Assembly (NCBI GenBank): GCA_002269645.1
Contig: NIVC01002639.1
Span: 1 to 64,000 of the forward strand
DNA from: Macrostomum lignano
Taxonomy: Eukaryota
Length of the DNA stretch: 64,000 nt
Reading direction: 5' to 3'
Shown: positions 58,891 through 64,000 of the stretch, one piece after another
Numbering within the stretch: the first letter of the stretch is position 1
Layout: each line of letters begins with the position of its first letter
Translations under genes and position numbers: made by a program
Notes under the pieces: generated by a model
Told to the model about the DNA's origin: nothing
Databases searched by the model: none
What the model saw: only the letters and a program-made list of their open reading frames with translations

Positions 58891-59894
58891 AAAATAATAT
58901 ATATACTTGACCATTTTAGCAAAGCAAACCTTTTCTTTGAAATTGGTAGCATTTAAAATTGACAATTTAATTTTTTATTTGAACTAGGGCCTAAAATAGC
59001 TTTCACAAAAGGATCTTTTCTTGTTACTAAAATAAATTTTACTTGTTATCAAATTCAAAACAAGTGTTAGAGCCTAGCAAAATAATTTGGCGCATGCTAG
59101 GGCCTATATTAGGCCCTATAATCTGCCAAAATGATATCCTAAGGCATAGGTATAGGCCTAACCTATTGCTTAGTATATAAATAGACATGTTTTCCTTTTA
59201 GTCTTAGGCTAGACATGTCTTTCTTTTAGTCTGAAAATATGAAAGCATGAGACTTATAACTTCATAGGCCCTAGCCATAGCTTATACTGTTATAGGTTTA
59301 AATTTTATAAAGAAAAGAATGAATAAAGAACCAATGGGCAAGTCATTTTCACTTGGAAGGTTTTAGAAATTTAATTTACCATAGGCTTAACTATCTATAA
59401 GCCTTTAAAGTTGTCTATACTATACTATACTATAGCCTTCTGGCCCCCTATAGAGTTATAGACTTAGGCTAGGCCTACACCTAAAAATAGTAGGCTTATA
59501 AAAAATAACATTGTAATGCAGTGCATGTAATTAGCAAATAGAAAATGGATAGTTTTAAGCTTAAGTTTCTAAATTATTATCACAAATGCAGCTGCTGAAC
59601 CGACGCTTATTAGTCCTAGAACTAAGCCTAGCCTAAGCATTTGAATCACTCTGTCTAGGCCTACCTCTAATTTTGTTTTAAACTGAAACTGAAAATCGGT
59701 TTATAGGCTCGGACAATGCTTATGGGCCATGCCCATGTGGTCAAATTAATTTTTCAAAGCAACAAAAAACAGTAAAAATCGATTTCTAATATTTTTAATA
59801 TTTAACTACGAAAATAGTTGTAAAAACAAGAGGCAACATATTGATATGAAGCCTCTTGTTTGTTATGCAAGCTGGCGCGCCCGCGCACGTGACA

Positions 59895-60018
59895 GTAGTG
59901 GTAGTAGTAAGAATTTAGCTCAAGCAATTAGCCTGTTTGGCCAATATATTATAGAGCTATGTATTTGGAAAAATTTTCGAAATAGAAGTTTATAAAGACG
60001 ATTTGACGACGATTTGAC

Positions 60019-60053
<35 letters not shown>

Positions 60054-61747
60054 AGTTGGCTCAGGCAAGAAGCCTGTTTGGCCAATATATTTCTATGTAT
60101 TTAAGATTGCTTCAGGAATAGGAGACAATATTTTAGCACTAGTTATTTAATTATGATTAGTACGAGTTTTGCAAAATGGTATTTGAAAGAACGCGGAAAA
60201 GTTATTAACGATACTTGGACGACTAACGAAGCGAAAGAAAAAGCAAGGAGTTAAAAAAAGTATTGCAGTTAATAAAAGTAAAAACGAAAGAAAAATGAAC
60301 AAAAACGAACTTCGAAGCGGACTTTACGTTAAGCGAATGACGACGATTTAAATAGGTATTAGATAGGAAACTAATTAAATACTAATTAAGTGCTAATTAA
60401 GTAGGAAATTAAAAATGGGAAAGGCGGATTTATTACACTGCTGATATGTCTGTTTCAGTTTGCATAACTGTTTAGCTATTCATGACTTCATATATTTTAG
60501 CTACACCAGTGAGCTCTTTTCTGACTCTTTTTTCATTTGTAGCATATCCTAACTTGTGTACTTGCTTGTCATTTAGGAGGTACTGACAGAAGTATTTTTT
60601 TCTGAACTTTTCGGTTTGTGGACATTCGGTCAAGTAGTGTAGGATATCGGAACCATTTCTCGCTCCACACAGTCTACATGGTTCATGAGAGAAAATGTTT
60701 GGGTGTAATTTCGCATTTCAGTTTTAGGAGGGTTGTTAGGAATTTTTTGTTTCTAAAAGTGCATGGAAAGTAATCTGAAAGGTCAGGCCTGCAGATTTTT
60801 TTGTAGAGATATTGTTATATCTTTAATAATATCGAATTGTAAAAGATAAAGTATTTTGAAAGCGCGCCAGAATTTTTACGGTGTTTTTGGACGAAAAGTG
60901 ACGACTAACAACTGACAACGAGTATAAATATTAATACAAAAATGAGTACGAATTACGAGGTATAGCTTTAATTGCGAGATTACTTTGATTACGATAAGTT
61001 GCGAATGTAGTTCGAACGAAAAATCCAAAAGAAAAGAAAAAAAATAACTATTTTATGCCGTTGACAAAAAACTTGACATTAGCAGTAGTAGTAGTAAATT
61101 TGGCTCAGGCTTAAGGAGCCTGTTTTGCCAGTATGATCCGATGTATTTGTTCAAAAGGTTAAATTTTTACACGAGTTACGATGCGAGTTACGATATTTGT
61201 AAAAGTAAAGGTCTTTGAAAGAGCGTCTAGAGTTTTTTGAAACGGTTTTTCAGCCGATTAACGACTAACGCCAGAATAACAAGATTCTAAGCAGGGAAAA
61301 ATAAAAAATCAATGTCGTACATGTATATATATGACTTTAAGCTAAACGATTCTTCTAGAATTCGATTCAGAAAAGGTAGTTAGATATTAACAAATATAAC
61401 AAATATCGAGTATAATTAAGGATAGCTCTACAATAATAGGCGATTTTTGTAAAAAGATGTAGATTTTTGAGCGCGTGATATTTCAAAGCGTGAAAAACGA
61501 ACATAAACATACTTCGCACGAACTTTACGTCTAACGAATAACGACGATTTAAATAGGGAATTGAAAAATACAGTAAATTAATAAATAACTGAAAGCGCGA
61601 TTTGTTACACTTGCTAATGTATCTGATTCAGTTGTTTAACTGTTCTAGCTATTCATGACTTCATATATTTTAGCTACAACCAGTGAGTTCTTTTCTGACT
61701 CTTTTTTCATTTGTAGCATATCCTATCTTGTGTTTTTGATTGCCATT
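59895..61747. repeat. Diverged ~1.2-kb direct duplication with (AGT)n-agcctgtttggcc motifs
   Basis: 60330-60560 aligns with 61520-61745; the (agt)n...ggctcagg...gcctgttt motif recurs at ~59900, 60020 and 61080. Confidence 0.7.
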
Positions 61748-62485
61748 NNNNNNNNNNNNNNNNNNNNNNNNNNNNNNNNNNNNNNNNNNNNNNNNNNNNN
61801 NNNNNNNNNNNNNNNNNNNNNNNNNNNNNNNNNNNNNNNNNNNNNNNNNNNNNNNNNNNNNNNNNNNNNNNNNNNNNNNNNNNNNNNNNNNNNNNNNNNN
61901 NNNNNNNNNNNNNNNNNNNNNNNNNNNNNNNNNNNNNNNNNNNNNNNNNNNNNNNNNNNNNNNNNNNNNNNNNNNNNNNNNNNNNNNNNNNNNNNNNNNN
62001 NNNNNNNNNNNNNNNNNNNNNNNNNNNNNNNNNNNNNNNNNNNNNNNNNNNNNNNNNNNNNNNNNNNNNNNNNNNNNNNNNNNNNNNNNNNNNNNNNNNN
62101 NNNNNNNNNNNNNNNNNNNNNNNNNNNNNNNNNNNNNNNNNNNNNNNNNNNNNNNNNNNNNNNNNNNNNNNNNNNNNNNNNNNNNNNNNNNNNNNNNNNN
62201 NNNNNNNNNNNNNNNNNNNNNNNNNNNNNNNNNNNNNNNNNNNNNNNNNNNNNNNNNNNNNNNNNNNNNNNNNNNNNNNNNNNNNNNNNNNNNNNNNNNN
62301 NNNNNNNNNNNNNNNNNNNNNNNNNNNNNNNNNNNNNNNNNNNNNNNNNNNNNNNNNNNNNNNNNNNNNNNNNNNNNNNNNNNNNNNNNNNNNNNNNNNN
62401 NNNNNNNNNNNNNNNNNNNNNNNNNNNNNNNNNNNNNNNNNNNNNNNNNNNNNNNNNNNNNNNNNNNNNNNNNNNNNNNNNNNNA
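61748..62485. other. Assembly gap (run of N)
   Basis: N bases; right edge accurate to about 1 bp. Confidence 0.99.
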
Positions 62486-64000
62486 TTACTGATGTGGCAA
62501 ATTGAACTCCGTGGAAATGGTAGATTGGTAGGCCTAGTTATCAAAATGTCCAGATTAGGCCTGCACTCTGACTTCATTCCACTGGATGCTAGGTCGCTCT
62601 CAAATACTAGGTAGGGGCCTAAGTTAATTTTTTTACTTTTTTGAATTTTTACTATATTGTTACTGCTGTAAGAGAAACGATGACACATACAGTAGTACAC
62701 AGTACATACCACAAACAAAAAATAAAAGCGTTCTTCCAGGAAAATTTAGAGCATAATCTATATTTGAATAATTCTTTAGAGAAACAAAAACCTACTTACT
62801 TTATTCAAAGATATTGGTTGCTTAGGACTTTAAATTAAAATATAAAAAATTATTCACATTACTACTTTTCATATTACTTTAAAAATCTCAAAGAAAAAAT
62901 CTAAAAATATCAAAGCCGAGAAATCTACACTTTAAAAACCCAGGGTCGGTGTGGTTGGTTGGGTGGGCTACGCCATCTGGGCTAACTGTTCGGGTGATAA
63001 TTTTTATTTGGATTTCTGAAACAATTTTGAGTAGGCATAGTTTTTTTGCAATTTTAGGTAAGAATGACTCAAATTTGAGAAATTTTAAAGTAGTCTATGA
63101 CACTTTCCATAGTGAATTTAATAATTACAGTCGTTTCGGTGACAAGACGTTTCGGTGACAGTGGGTGCAAAATTTGGTGCAATTTTTTCACTAAATCATC
63201 CATAGCACTGCTCCACTTTTACCAATGGTCTTAAAATTTGACATAAACAATCTTTGACAACTATTTTGACACGATCATGTAAAATGTTGAGTATCAAAGT
63301 TAATCCTAGGCCTAAATGGCACTGTGCACTTTTAAAGTTAGGCTGTTTTTGTCAATGAGGCAGCCACCCAACCTCCTCTCCACCTGTCTATCTTTCTCAA
63401 TCTGGGCCCAGATATGTAAAAGGGGTTGTAAAAACTAAAAATGACTATCTTTTAGCTGCCATAATTTTACTCCATGTAAAGCAATTGATTTCAAACTTGA
63501 CATAGTCATAGGGCCTTTTTTGTCATTGACTAGACCCAGACAAGATGAAGGTCACAAGACATCAGACTAGATTAATGCAGTGCTGCGTCCAGTGTTTCTA
63601 ATTGCTATTGAGCTGACAGCTGAATGAGCTGAGCTATTGAGCTGAGGTGAGAATTATAAGGAGATCAAACAAAAATGTTAAGCATTTGGAATTTGGATCA
63701 TCATTGGATAGTTTGGATAGACAGAAACTTTGAAACATACTATTAGTGTTATACCAGTTTTTGTCTACAGCAGTGCAGCGCATCCTGGTCTTGAAAATCG
63801 CACCCTGAAATCTAGAACGCACAGGGTACAAAATCACACCCAAGTTATAGACAAAAAAAACCCCAAGGCAGTAAATCCATCCTCTAGGGAAAGACATGTC
63901 CTCAATGTCCCTCCCCTTGGCTAGGCCTATGCCCTTGGATTTGAGTCAGAAAAAATTAGGCAAGATTAATAAGGTCTATATTTTGAGAATTTGAGTATAT

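Noticed and set aside
61655-62718. 250-331-aa ORFs
   Set aside because: Open only because they cross the N gap.

Overview
Eukaryotic (metazoan) genomic DNA with GT-AG introns, GC3-rich exons and introns packed with minisatellites. This style suggests a flatworm such as Macrostomum, but that is inference. Most long ORFs in the supplied track are artefacts of tandem repeats. I reconstructed six protein-coding loci by hand: (1) a 7-exon multi-RRM gene, 683-8679 (+), with two 1-bp frame breaks; (2) a Goliath/RNF130-family PA-TM-RING E3 ligase, 19902-27990 (+), whose last exon is tandemly duplicated; (3) a 162-aa orphan, 35658-36146 (+); (4) an intronless 615-aa orphan, 37692-39539 (+); (5) a 12-exon, ~1217-aa KY/hillarin-like pseudo-transglutaminase with a dynein-stalk-like C-terminus, 51497-40347 (-); (6) a 2-exon coiled-coil gene, 56655-55295 (-). 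Mobile or repeat-derived features are tRNA-derived CORE-like SINEs, a MULE-type MITE with a 9-bp TSD, a LINE 3' CCHC fragment, a Helitron-like tandem unit, about 25 minisatellite arrays and an N gap. The most unusual element, missed by the ORF track, is a ~125-bp decayed HSP70 coding fragment enclosed by 29-bp inverted repeats at 9519-9704. No CRISPR arrays, rRNA genes or intact tRNA genes were found.
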